A stretch of 64,000 nucleotides of DNA. Origin: an uncultured Desulfobacter sp. (lineage in GTDB: Bacteria > Desulfobacterota > Desulfobacteria > Desulfobacterales > Desulfobacteraceae). Below are positions 19,269 through 27,792 of this stretch, piece after piece. The notes below the pieces were generated by a model. The model made no database searches. It had not been told where the DNA came from and saw only the letters and a list, made by a program, of their open reading frames with translations. The translations under genes and the position numbers were made by a program. Positions within the stretch are counted from its first letter, which is position 1; each line of letters begins with the position of its first letter. Location: NCBI GenBank assembly GCA_963665095.1, contig OY762069.1, positions 1,088,001 to 1,152,000 on the forward strand. Reading direction: 5' to 3'.

Positions 19269-20072
19269 ATGATTATTATTGGTGAAAAAATTAACGGTGC
19301 CATCCCCTCTGTGGCCGAAGCCATTGCCAAAAAAGATGCTGATTTTATCAAAAACCTTGCCGTCACCCAGACAGAAGCGGGAGCTGCTTTCATTGATGTA
19401 TGTGCCTCCACAGATGTCTCCATTGAACTTGAAACAATGAAATGGCTGATTGATATTGTCCAGGATGCCACAGACACCCCCATTGCCGTGGACAGTCCCG
19501 ATGCCGGCATCTGCGCTGCGGCCATCGCATTCTGCAACAAACCGGGCCTGATCAACTCTGTTTCCCTGGAAGGGGACAAAATTGATGTAGTATTTCCCGT
19601 GATTGCAGACACCAAATGGGAGTGTGCCGCGCTTTTGTGCGACGACACAGGCATCCCCAAAACCGCTGAAAAGCGCCTTGAGGTGTTTACCGGCATCATG
19701 GCCCGGGCCAAAGAATTTAAAATTGATCCCTCCCGACTGCACATCGACCCCCTGGTTGAAATGCTGTGTACAGCAGAGGACGGCATCAACGCCATCGTTG
19801 AGGTGATGCGGGAAATCAAACGGCAGTACCCCACCATCCACGTCACTGGCGGCGCATCCAATATTTCATTTAACCTTCCGGCCAGAAAATTTGTCAACCA
19901 GGCATTTCTGATTCTGGCCATGGGCGCAGGCATGGACAGTGCCATTATCAACCCCCTTCACAAACATATGATGGGGCTGATTTACGCCACCGAGGCGCTT
20001 TTAGGCAACGATGAATACTGTATGGAATATATCGAAGGATACAGAGAAGGACTTTTCGGCCCTGTAAAGTAA
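19269..20072 (+). CDS. Methyl-THF:corrinoid methyltransferase (pterin-binding, MT II/AcsE-like)
   Basis: MIIIGEKING, QTEAGA..IDV, PIAVDS, INSV, IDPLV, GASNISFNLP, GMDSAI. Confidence 0.92.
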   Translation: MIIIGEKINGAIPSVAEAIAKKDADFIKNLAVTQTEAGAAFIDVCASTDVSIELETMKWLIDIVQDATDTPIAVDSPDAGICAAAIAFCNKPGLINSVSLEGDKIDVVFPVIADTKWECAALLCDDTGIPKTAEKRLEVFTGIMARAKEFKIDPSRLHIDPLVEMLCTAEDGINAIVEVMREIKRQYPTIHVTGGASNISFNLPARKFVNQAFLILAMGAGMDSAIINPLHKHMMGLIYATEALLGNDEYCMEYIEGYREGLFGPVK

Positions 20073-20113
20073 CATCGGGGGCAAAAACTTACTTTTTAAA
20101 AAGGAGTGTAAAC

Positions 20114-20749
20114 ATGGCAAAAATTGAAGAAGTAAAAGCAAACGTCGAAAAAGGCAAACGTAAACTTGTTCCCGGTCTGGTCCAGGAAGCCCTTGATGAG
20201 GGCAGTTCTGCCCAACAGATTCTTGATGTCATGGTTGATGCCATGGGTGTTGTGGGAGAAAAATTTTCCTCTGGACAGATCTTTGTACCTGAAATGCTGA
20301 TGGCAGCCAAGGCCATGGGCGCAGGAGTCGACATTATCAAACCGCTGATGGCTGGCGACGCAGGCTCCTCTCTGGGTACCTGTGTGATCGGTACAGTCCA
20401 GGGCGACCTTCATGACATTGGTAAAAACCTGGTCTGCATGATGATTGAAAGTGTGGGCTTCAATATGATTGACCTGGGCGTTGACGTTGCCCCTGAGCAG
20501 TTCATCCAGGCGGTAAAAGACAATGAAAACGTCAAACTGGTTGCCTGCTCCGGTCTTCTTTCCACCACCATGCCTGCCTTAAAACAGACAGTTGAAACAT
20601 TAAAATCCTGCGGCCTGAACGGTTTTAAAGTCATTGTTGGCGGAGCCCCTGTCACCAAGGAATTTGCTGAAGAGATCGGTGCGGACGGATACGCATCAGA
20701 TGCCGGCGGCGCGGCCACTAAAGCCAAAGAGCTGGTTACCGCAGCTTAA
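20114..20749 (+). CDS. Corrinoid (B12-binding) protein
   Basis: FVPEMLMAA, GTVQGDLHDIGKNLV (DxHxxG), DLGVDV, SGLLSTT, VGGAPVT. Confidence 0.95.
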   Translation: MAKIEEVKANVEKGKRKLVPGLVQEALDEGSSAQQILDVMVDAMGVVGEKFSSGQIFVPEMLMAAKAMGAGVDIIKPLMAGDAGSSLGTCVIGTVQGDLHDIGKNLVCMMIESVGFNMIDLGVDVAPEQFIQAVKDNENVKLVACSGLLSTTMPALKQTVETLKSCGLNGFKVIVGGAPVTKEFAEEIGADGYASDAGGAATKAKELVTAA

Positions 20750-20788
20750 AATCAGATAACATTTACTCGGCACAGGAGGAGGATACTT

Positions 20789-21766
20789 ATGCTGACGATA
20801 AAACAAAACCTGCTTGAAACCATGAAAGGGGGAAACCCTGACCGGTTTGTCAAGCAGTACGAATTTTTTGAAATCATCCTTGAGGCACCGGGCGCAAAGT
20901 TTGCCACACCGGGCCAGACCATTGTAAACGAATGGGGCGTCACCTTTTCATGGCCTGAAGACCAGATCGGCGCATTCCCGGTCCATGATGACGAGCATAT
21001 TCTGCTGAAAGATATCACCCAATGGAAAGATATCGTAAAAGCCCCTTCCCTTGAGTTTTCCGATGAAGACTGGGCCCCGGCTGTCGCACATGCCAACTCT
21101 GTTGATCGCAATGAAAAATATGTGGCACCTTTCTTTGCTCCGGGTCTGTTTGAAATGACCCACCACATGATGGGTATGGAAAATGCCATGATGAATCTGT
21201 ATGAAGAACCGGAACTCATGCATGAACTCATCGACTACATCGCCGATTATGAGATCAGAAAAGCCAAAGTCTTCATCGACCGCCTGAAACCCGATGCCCT
21301 GTTCCACCATGATGACTGGGGCGGACAGATCTCCACCTTCATGTCTCCGGATATGTTCAAGGAATTTTATCTTGAACCATATAAGAGGATCTATAAATTC
21401 TGGAAAGATAACGGGGTTGAAGTTGTTGTCCATCACAGTGACTCCTATGCTGCCACACTGGTTCCGTTTATGATTGAAATGGGCATCGATATCTGGCAGG
21501 GCGTGATGACCACCAACGACACACCGGAACTGATTAAAAAATACGGCGATAAAATCACCTTTATGGGCGATGTGGACAGCGGCCCTCTGGATCACCAGAA
21601 CTGGGATGCAAAAGTGATTGCCGAGCATGTGGAAAAAGCGTGCAAAAGATGTGGCAAGCACTACTTCATCCCCTGCCTTACCCAGGGGCTGGGATTCAGT
21701 TCCTTTCCCGGTGTTTACGATGCGGCCAGTGAGGCCATTGAAAAAATGAGCAAAGAGATGTTTTAA
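20789..21766 (+). CDS. UroD-fold methyltransferase (vanillate/veratrol O-demethylase MT I-like)
   Basis: MLTIKQNLLETMKGGNPDRFVKQYE N-terminus, HHDDWG, MSPDMF, HHSDS, GIDIWQG; directly follows MT II and the corrinoid protein. Confidence 0.8.
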   Translation: MLTIKQNLLETMKGGNPDRFVKQYEFFEIILEAPGAKFATPGQTIVNEWGVTFSWPEDQIGAFPVHDDEHILLKDITQWKDIVKAPSLEFSDEDWAPAVAHANSVDRNEKYVAPFFAPGLFEMTHHMMGMENAMMNLYEEPELMHELIDYIADYEIRKAKVFIDRLKPDALFHHDDWGGQISTFMSPDMFKEFYLEPYKRIYKFWKDNGVEVVVHHSDSYAATLVPFMIEMGIDIWQGVMTTNDTPELIKKYGDKITFMGDVDSGPLDHQNWDAKVIAEHVEKACKRCGKHYFIPCLTQGLGFSSFPGVYDAASEAIEKMSKEMF

Positions 21767-21873
21767 AAATCATTGCGACTTTTCTCCCTCTTAAAAGGGT
21801 AACATGGCCAGGGTTGTTTATGCAGTACCGTTGAACACCGTTTCAACCTGGCTATTGCCCTTTCCCTCACAAC

Positions 21874-21909
21874 TCGGGGACACGATGCGTGATTATCGTG
21901 TCCCCCGAA
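21874..21909. terminator. Stem-loop between convergent operons
   Basis: TCGGGGACACGAT...ATCGTGTCCCCCGA. Confidence 0.6.
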
Positions 21910-21943
21910 TTATTTAGCTTGATTTTGATTTCGAGCCTCAATC

Positions 21944-22633
21944 CTAGGTCAAGGAGGAAAGATCTCGCTTGGAAGTCATGGCCATCTTAAAATAATCAAC
22001 GGCTTTGGCCGCGTCAGAAAACCAGATATCGGCTTTTACCTGTTTATTGACCAGTTCATCCATACAATACCCGCCAACAATGATAAGATGCTTGTTGGTT
22101 GTTTCAGTCTTGCGTATCTCGCTCACCGCCTCCGTAAGATTATCCAGGCAGTTTGTCAGAAGGCAGCTGATGGCAATAAAATCGGGCTCAAGTGTTTTGG
22201 TTCTTTCCACAAAGGTATATGCAGGGACATCCACACCAAGGTCAGTCACCTTAAAGCCGTTACAGATCAGCATATCCTTGATAATATTTTTTCCAAGATC
22301 ATGGATATCGCCTTTGATTGTGCCTAAAAGGACATGCCCCAGCGTGCCTTGGCTATCAGTTTCAACCATCTCGAAGGCTGTCAGAAAATCGGCAGCCTGG
22401 CGCATGATCTCTCCTGCCATAATGAGTGCGGAGATATAAAATTCGCCCTTTTCAAACCCCAGACCGACGTTTTTGACCCCTTCCATGCAAAAAGAGAGCA
22501 GCTCCGCCGTGCTGCACCCTTTTCCGTACATTTTTTTAAGCTGAATCAGGCTCTCTTTTTCCTTAAGCGAAGAAATCAGGTCAATCAGTTTTTCTTTTTC
22601 AGCCATAAGCTCATTATCACTGAACTCACTCAT
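21944..22633 (-). CDS. Second corrinoid-binding protein, coupled to GntR
   Basis: GEFYISALIMAG, GTIKGDIHDLGKN (DxHxxG), DLGVDVP, SCLLT; overlaps the GntR stop. Confidence 0.9.
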   Translation of the reverse strand: MSEFSDNELMAEKEKLIDLISSLKEKESLIQLKKMYGKGCSTAELLSFCMEGVKNVGLGFEKGEFYISALIMAGEIMRQAADFLTAFEMVETDSQGTLGHVLLGTIKGDIHDLGKNIIKDMLICNGFKVTDLGVDVPAYTFVERTKTLEPDFIAISCLLTNCLDNLTEAVSEIRKTETTNKHLIIVGGYCMDELVNKQVKADIWFSDAAKAVDYFKMAMTSKRDLSSLT

Positions 22634-23378
22634 TCCACACTCCCACCCGGCTTATCATGGGCATCTGCTGTGTTGGAACTATAAACCAACCATAAGCACA
22701 GGGTTTATCCTTAAAATCGTAATAACAATACTCCAGCCTGAAAACCAGTTCCCCCTCCTGGATTTCAAGCAGTTCAGCCTCCTGCTTATTCACTGCAGCC
22801 GGCAAAAGTTTCAATGTCCCCTTTTTATAGCCGCAGTTCTCATTACTGAAAAACAGGTCTGACAACCCTGTTGTTTCCAGCATACTCTCCACCACCGGTG
22901 ATCTGGGATCAAAGGGCAGGTAGGCGATCTGAAAACAAAACGGGGTTTCATCATTTAAAATAAGCCGCTCAACCAGAATCACAGGGCTGTTCTCACTGAG
23001 CTCAAGCAGCTTACCCTCACTGCCCTGAACCCGGACAATACTCGACTTAAACACCTTAGCCTTCAAGGTTTCAGTATTAGACAGTACTTTATCAAGTGCC
23101 TCAAGGTCAAAGGTGGTGGCACCCACTTCGATTTTTTTAACAAAGGTGCCGCTGCCGTGAATCCGTTCAACAAGCCCCTCTTCCACAAGAACCCCTACGG
23201 CCTGGCGTACGGTCATGGGACTTACATTATATTCCTGGGCAAGATTTGCCTCAGACGGGATTCGGAGCCCCGGACGAAGACGGCCGGAGGCAATATCTTC
23301 CTTGATAATAAATGCAAGCTGGGTATAAACGGGCAGAGAACCTCTTTTCTTTTCCACAACCTTACCCAATTTATTCAA
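22626..23378 (-). CDS. GntR-family (HutC/UTRA) transcriptional regulator
   Basis: PVYTQL...IPSEANLA..YNVSPMTVRQAV...HGSGTFV; paralog of the 11821 GntR (shared FRLE, SRVGxW). Confidence 0.92.
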   Translation of the reverse strand: MNKLGKVVEKKRGSLPVYTQLAFIIKEDIASGRLRPGLRIPSEANLAQEYNVSPMTVRQAVGVLVEEGLVERIHGSGTFVKKIEVGATTFDLEALDKVLSNTETLKAKVFKSSIVRVQGSEGKLLELSENSPVILVERLILNDETPFCFQIAYLPFDPRSPVVESMLETTGLSDLFFSNENCGYKKGTLKLLPAAVNKQEAELLEIQEGELVFRLEYCYYDFKDKPCAYGWFIVPTQQMPMISRVGVWNE

Positions 23379-23525
23379 TTCTCCTTGTATTATTGGCAGA
23401 CTGCCTCATGACTGAATAGTACATAACACAGGAAAAGGGTCAAGTAAAATTGATATTCATATGCTTATATACAGGAATATGATACAGTCATGCCGCATGA
23501 ATGGTGTTTAACGCTTTGAGGTACA

Positions 23526-24194
23526 ATGGGAAAAGTAAGAAAGAAAAGAAAACTGATCTGCTGCCGCGCACTTTCTCATCTGATTGAACCCATGGTTGAC
23601 AGGATTGATCCGCACATGGAGCGGGTCATTCTGCCGATACGGCTTCATTTGAATCAACACAACCTGAACCAAAGCCTTCAGGAGGAGATTACCAGAATTG
23701 AAGAAACCGGGGGTGATATCCTCCTTGGATACGGTTTGTGCGGCAGGGGTGTTGAAGGGGTTAGCTCCGGTAAAAGCCGGCTGATTATCCCCAAAGTGGA
23801 TGACTGCGTCGGTGCCATTTTAGGTTCCAAGGCGCGGCATAAGCGCATTCTTGATCAGAATGCCGGCACTTTTTTTCTGGAACCTTCATGGATTGATACG
23901 GACGTGGATGTCTTTGCCCAGTGTCTCAAAGGGCTTGACAAAATTCCTGAGGAGTACCAGCAGGACATTGTGGACCTGGCATTAAAACACTATTCACGGC
24001 TTGTGCTGATTCATCACAAAGAAGACAAAACAGCCATGGCAGCTGACAGATGCCGCAGCCTTGCAAAACAGTACGGCCTTGAATTTGAACAACTTCAGTC
24101 TGATTTAACGCTGCTTGAAGACTTTTCAAAAGGCAACATTGATTCAGACAGATTTATTATCGTTGAACCGGGAGATAAGGTCCCCTATTTTTAA
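23526..24194 (+). CDS. DUF1638-family protein
   Basis: LH..P-like segment, ILLGYGLCG, PKVDDCVGAILG, GTFFL..SW. Confidence 0.8.
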   Translation: MGKVRKKRKLICCRALSHLIEPMVDRIDPHMERVILPIRLHLNQHNLNQSLQEEITRIEETGGDILLGYGLCGRGVEGVSSGKSRLIIPKVDDCVGAILGSKARHKRILDQNAGTFFLEPSWIDTDVDVFAQCLKGLDKIPEEYQQDIVDLALKHYSRLVLIHHKEDKTAMAADRCRSLAKQYGLEFEQLQSDLTLLEDFSKGNIDSDRFIIVEPGDKVPYF

Positions 24195-24215
24195 TGAAGA
24201 CACCAATTTGAGTTT

Positions 24216-24767
24216 ATGAAAACAGAACAGATAACAGCCATTACAGAGAAATTTTTTGATCACACAAAGGACATCACCTCCTCATCAGTGCCATTTGATG
24301 AACAGGTCCGCGTCATGTGCGAACAGAATATGTGCGGCCAGCTTGGAAAATGCTGGACATGTCCGCCTGCGGTCGGTTCCCTTGAAACCCTGCACGCAGG
24401 ATTATCCCTTTTCACCCGCTTCATGATCTTTGACAAGGTCTACCAGCTTGAAGACAGTTATGACTGGGAGGGCATGGTGGAAAGCCAGAAAGATTTTACA
24501 GCCAGAGTGGTTGCTGCCAAAAAAGAGATCCGCCCACTGCTTGAAGAATCTGACCCTGATTTTCTTATTTTAGGAGCCGGGTCCTGTTCCCTGTGCAAGA
24601 CCTGCAGCTATCTTTCCCAGGAGCCCTGCCGAAATCCGGATGATGCGGTGACTTCTGTGGAGGCCTTTGGCATAGATGCCATGACCATGATGGGGCAAAA
24701 CAATTTGAAATATAACAATGGCGCGAATACCGTGACTTACATCGGCGGCATTTTTTACAAAGGGTAA
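24216..24767 (+). CDS. DUF2284 Cys-rich metal-binding protein
   Basis: CEQNMC...WTCPP, AGSCSLCKTC, PCRNP, SVEAFGID. Confidence 0.85.
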   Translation: MKTEQITAITEKFFDHTKDITSSSVPFDEQVRVMCEQNMCGQLGKCWTCPPAVGSLETLHAGLSLFTRFMIFDKVYQLEDSYDWEGMVESQKDFTARVVAAKKEIRPLLEESDPDFLILGAGSCSLCKTCSYLSQEPCRNPDDAVTSVEAFGIDAMTMMGQNNLKYNNGANTVTYIGGIFYKG

Positions 24768-24812
24768 GCCCCAATATGGAGCAGGTCCCCAAAAACGGAC
24801 AAAAAAAACCGA

Positions 24813-25697
24813 CTATTTTTCGGCAAGTTCGTATATCTGTTCCAGCCTGCCTATAAAATCGGCGCTGTAAAGACCGCAGCTGGTCCCAAACACCAGACTG
24901 GTCATTTCAGTATTCCGGATCAGGGCGGTGAAACGGTCCATGCTGTCAGTAGCCAGGGTATCCGCCTGGAGGTCCTCCACCTCGATTCCGCCTAAGAGAA
25001 CTATGTCGGTATCAAACCTGGGGCCCAGGGAGGAGAAATCATTGATCCGACTCTGGATAGCAGCCAGCCCGTCCAGCTGCCAGGCGGCGAGCATGGGGAC
25101 CAGGGCATCAAGCCGGCCACAGGAGTGGAGAAGAACTGCTTTTTGTTTTTCCCTGAATCCAGCCACAATCTTTGAATAAAAAGGCGTGCACAGGGCATCA
25201 AGATCTTTGGGATTGACCAGGGGACCGCCCTCCCCTGCCAGATCATCGGTGAAGACCACTCCGTCAACAGGCAGGTCCGCCACCTTTTGGGCAAGGTCCC
25301 GGGCCACGGTCAGAAAGGTGTGGTACTGCTCCTTGACCGCCTCGAAGCCTTGGGTCCACAGACTTAAGGTCTCAAACATGCCAAGGGTATTGACCATCTC
25401 CTGGAACGGGCCGTCAATGACGGCAAGAACGGGTCCGTCCCAGGTGAGGGCGGCGGTTTCAAGGTCTGACAGGCTGAAATACCGGTAACCAAGATCGGGC
25501 TTGACCGACCCCTGCGCCAGAACCGGCAGGCAGACCAGACTGTGGCCCAACTGATCGGCCAGGTGCAGGTGGCCCGCGACAGTATCATGGTCCAGGTCCT
25601 TGAACAGACCTGTGCCCATCCATACCTCGCCTTTGGCAATATTTTTTCCGGTGCGGGCCTGAATCCGGGCTTTAAGATGTTCCATTGGCGTGGTCAT
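24813..25697 (-). CDS. Divergent UroD/MtaA-like methyltransferase
   Basis: DGPFQ, TDDLA, LHSCG, GGI, GTSCG (HxC...C Zn-type ligands). Confidence 0.7.
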   Translation of the reverse strand: MTTPMEHLKARIQARTGKNIAKGEVWMGTGLFKDLDHDTVAGHLHLADQLGHSLVCLPVLAQGSVKPDLGYRYFSLSDLETAALTWDGPVLAVIDGPFQEMVNTLGMFETLSLWTQGFEAVKEQYHTFLTVARDLAQKVADLPVDGVVFTDDLAGEGGPLVNPKDLDALCTPFYSKIVAGFREKQKAVLLHSCGRLDALVPMLAAWQLDGLAAIQSRINDFSSLGPRFDTDIVLLGGIEVEDLQADTLATDSMDRFTALIRNTEMTSLVFGTSCGLYSADFIGRLEQIYELAEK

Positions 25698-25894
25698 GGT
25701 CGGGACCTCCTTAAATATTTAAACTTTAACCTGGCAGGTCGGATACGTTCAACGCCTGTCAACCGCAACAGGATACGAAAGGTAACCCCTCAGCAGTATG
25801 ATTACAAGACAGACAGCTTAAGGTCCCTGACCGGCCTTGTCAAATATTTGAACTGATTTTTTATTTTAGAGACAGCAGCAGAAAGGAAACACCC

Positions 25895-27457
25895 ATGCAG
25901 AACAACCAGGCAACCATCACCATATTACCCCATAAAAGAACCATCCTTGCCACCAGAGGCACCACCCTTTTAGAGGCCCTGATACATAAAAGCATATTTT
26001 TGCGAACCGACTGCGGGGGCAAGGGAGTATGCGGCAAATGCCTGGTGGAGGTCATCGGTCCGGACAACAGTGTGGAACCTGTTTTATCCTGCAGCCACCG
26101 CATTGAATCCGACCTTTGCATCCGAATCCCTGAAACCTCCATGCTCTCCTCCCACATCATGAGCAAGGCCCAGATCTTTTTCCCTGAAAGCTTTAATGAA
26201 AAATTTAAACACTCTCAGGGTCCAGACACCTTTGGTATTGCCGTTGATCTTGGCACCACCACCATTGCGGTCTACCTTTGCAACATGGCCAAAGGAGAGG
26301 TGATCTCCTCTCTGGCCGTAAAAAACCCCCAGGCCATATACGGAGACGATGTCATGAGCCGCATCGGGGTGATTGACCAGGATCCTGACAATCTTAAAAA
26401 GCTTCAGGGCTTAGTGGTGAAAAGTATTGAATGGGGAGCAGGCCAGCTGATCTCAAAAGAAAAGGACCCGTCCATCACCATCTGCGGAATGGCAGTGGTA
26501 GGCAATCCTACCATGATCCATATCCTGGCCGGCGTCAACCCCACATCCATTGGAATTGCCCCTTACCAGCCGGCCTTCCATGAATCCAGACAGTTTGACT
26601 CAGCATCTTTGGGATTTGAATCCCTGAACTGCGAATTGCAGGTTCTTCCCCAGGTCTCCGGCTTTCTTGGCGGTGATATACTGGCCGCCGCCATTGCCGT
26701 GGATCTTGACAACCTTGCCCCGGGAACTTTGCTGGTGGACCTTGGCACCAACGGAGAGCTGATCCTTAAGGGTCATGACCGGCTATTCGCCACCTCCTGC
26801 GCCACAGGTCCAGCCTTTGAAGGGGCCAGTCTTGCCTGCGGCATGCAGGCCATTCCCGGCTCCATAAACTCCGTTTCCATTGGCCCGGATCAAAAAGTAA
26901 AAGAACTGACCACTATCCAGGCGGAAAAAGGCCCTGGGGTGCCGGCATCAGGTATTTGCGGCGCCGGTGTCCTCCAGGCTGCAGCCCAGCTGTGCGAACA
27001 CGGCATTATTAAACCTGCCGGACAGTTTATCAACGAAGAAAAAGAGTATGTACTTGTACCCGAAGACCATTCTGCAGGCCAATCCCGGATCTATATCAGC
27101 CAGAAAGATATCCGTTCCATCCAGCTTGGTAAATCAGCGCTTATTTCAGGCATTGAATTCTTATGTGACCGGGCAGGGTTTGACATTCCGAAATCCATTC
27201 TAATTGCAGGGGCATTCGGATCCCATCTGAGCAAGGAGGTACTTTTGCGACTGGGTATCCTGCCCGATATGGAGATATCAAAACTGATCACCATGGGCAA
27301 TGCAGCAGGTTCCGGAGCCGTGATGGTACTCTGTGATCCGGCGTATGTCGGGTTGGCCCAGAAAATGGCAGATAAAATTGAGGTAGTCAGTCTGGAAACC
27401 AACATGGCATTCCAGGAGCGGTTCATCGAAAACTTAAGCTTTCCAGACCCTGAATAA
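25895..27457 (+). CDS. ASKHA-type corrinoid reactivating enzyme (RACE/DUF4445) with an N-terminal 2Fe-2S domain
   Basis: CGGKGVCGKC, VDLGTTT, NPQAIYGDDVMSRI, GFLGGD, DLGTNGE, CATGPAFEG, QKDIR, AGAFG, GNAAG. Confidence 0.92.
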   Translation: MQNNQATITILPHKRTILATRGTTLLEALIHKSIFLRTDCGGKGVCGKCLVEVIGPDNSVEPVLSCSHRIESDLCIRIPETSMLSSHIMSKAQIFFPESFNEKFKHSQGPDTFGIAVDLGTTTIAVYLCNMAKGEVISSLAVKNPQAIYGDDVMSRIGVIDQDPDNLKKLQGLVVKSIEWGAGQLISKEKDPSITICGMAVVGNPTMIHILAGVNPTSIGIAPYQPAFHESRQFDSASLGFESLNCELQVLPQVSGFLGGDILAAAIAVDLDNLAPGTLLVDLGTNGELILKGHDRLFATSCATGPAFEGASLACGMQAIPGSINSVSIGPDQKVKELTTIQAEKGPGVPASGICGAGVLQAAAQLCEHGIIKPAGQFINEEKEYVLVPEDHSAGQSRIYISQKDIRSIQLGKSALISGIEFLCDRAGFDIPKSILIAGAFGSHLSKEVLLRLGILPDMEISKLITMGNAAGSGAVMVLCDPAYVGLAQKMADKIEVVSLETNMAFQERFIENLSFPDPE

Positions 27458-27500
27458 CATCCCCGTAAGCAGATACTTCAATTCTTGCTCTGTCTTATGA

Positions 27501-27544
27501 CGCTACGCATCTGGCCTGTGATCTTTCCAGGCAGATGCGTGGCG
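27501..27544. other. Long stem-loop
   Basis: CGCTACGCATCTG(G)CCTG ... CAGG CAGATGCGTGGCG. Confidence 0.6.
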
Positions 27545-27564
27545 GTGTGATTTATCAGACATTG

Positions 27565-27620
27565 TAACCTCTCAGGCCGATGACTCCGGCCAACACCCTT
27601 TAAGAGGTGGCTCAACCTTT
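27565..27620 (-). ncRNA. DUF1646 / Na+-I riboswitch-like element
   Basis: Minus strand reads GGTTGAGCCACCTCTTAAAGGGTGTTGGCCGGAGTCATCGGCCTGAGAGGTTA. It has an outer stem ACCTCT/AGAGGT, an inner stem GGCCG/CGGCC, and GGUUGAG and AAGGGUG elements. The family assignment rests on a recalled consensus, not a search. Confidence 0.5.
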
Positions 27621-27792
27621 CCCGGGAAGGCCTCCTGGCATTCGCCGATTTATAATCATTCACAAATCAACCTCTAAACAAATCATTACATAGGCCTGCC
27701 ATACCTCACATTAGAGTTTTAAATGTAATTTTACTCTATCAATGCCATGTCAGGCGTACTCTTAGGATTTTTTAAAAAAAAGGGGAAGATCC

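Noticed and set aside
25700..25860. Cobalamin riboswitch (GACCTGCC on the minus strand)
   Set aside because: It lacks the GGGAA and CCC..ACTGT B12-box elements.
27565..27620. Glycine or SAM-I riboswitch on the plus strand (ACCTCTCAGG; GGCCGATGA..CCGGC.AAC)
   Set aside because: The other required cores (GGAGA/CCGAAG; ATC.AGAG) are missing, and the minus-strand reading fits better.
27478..27663. 61-aa minus-strand ORF
   Set aside because: It has no recognizable motif and overlaps the structured RNA, so it is probably spurious.
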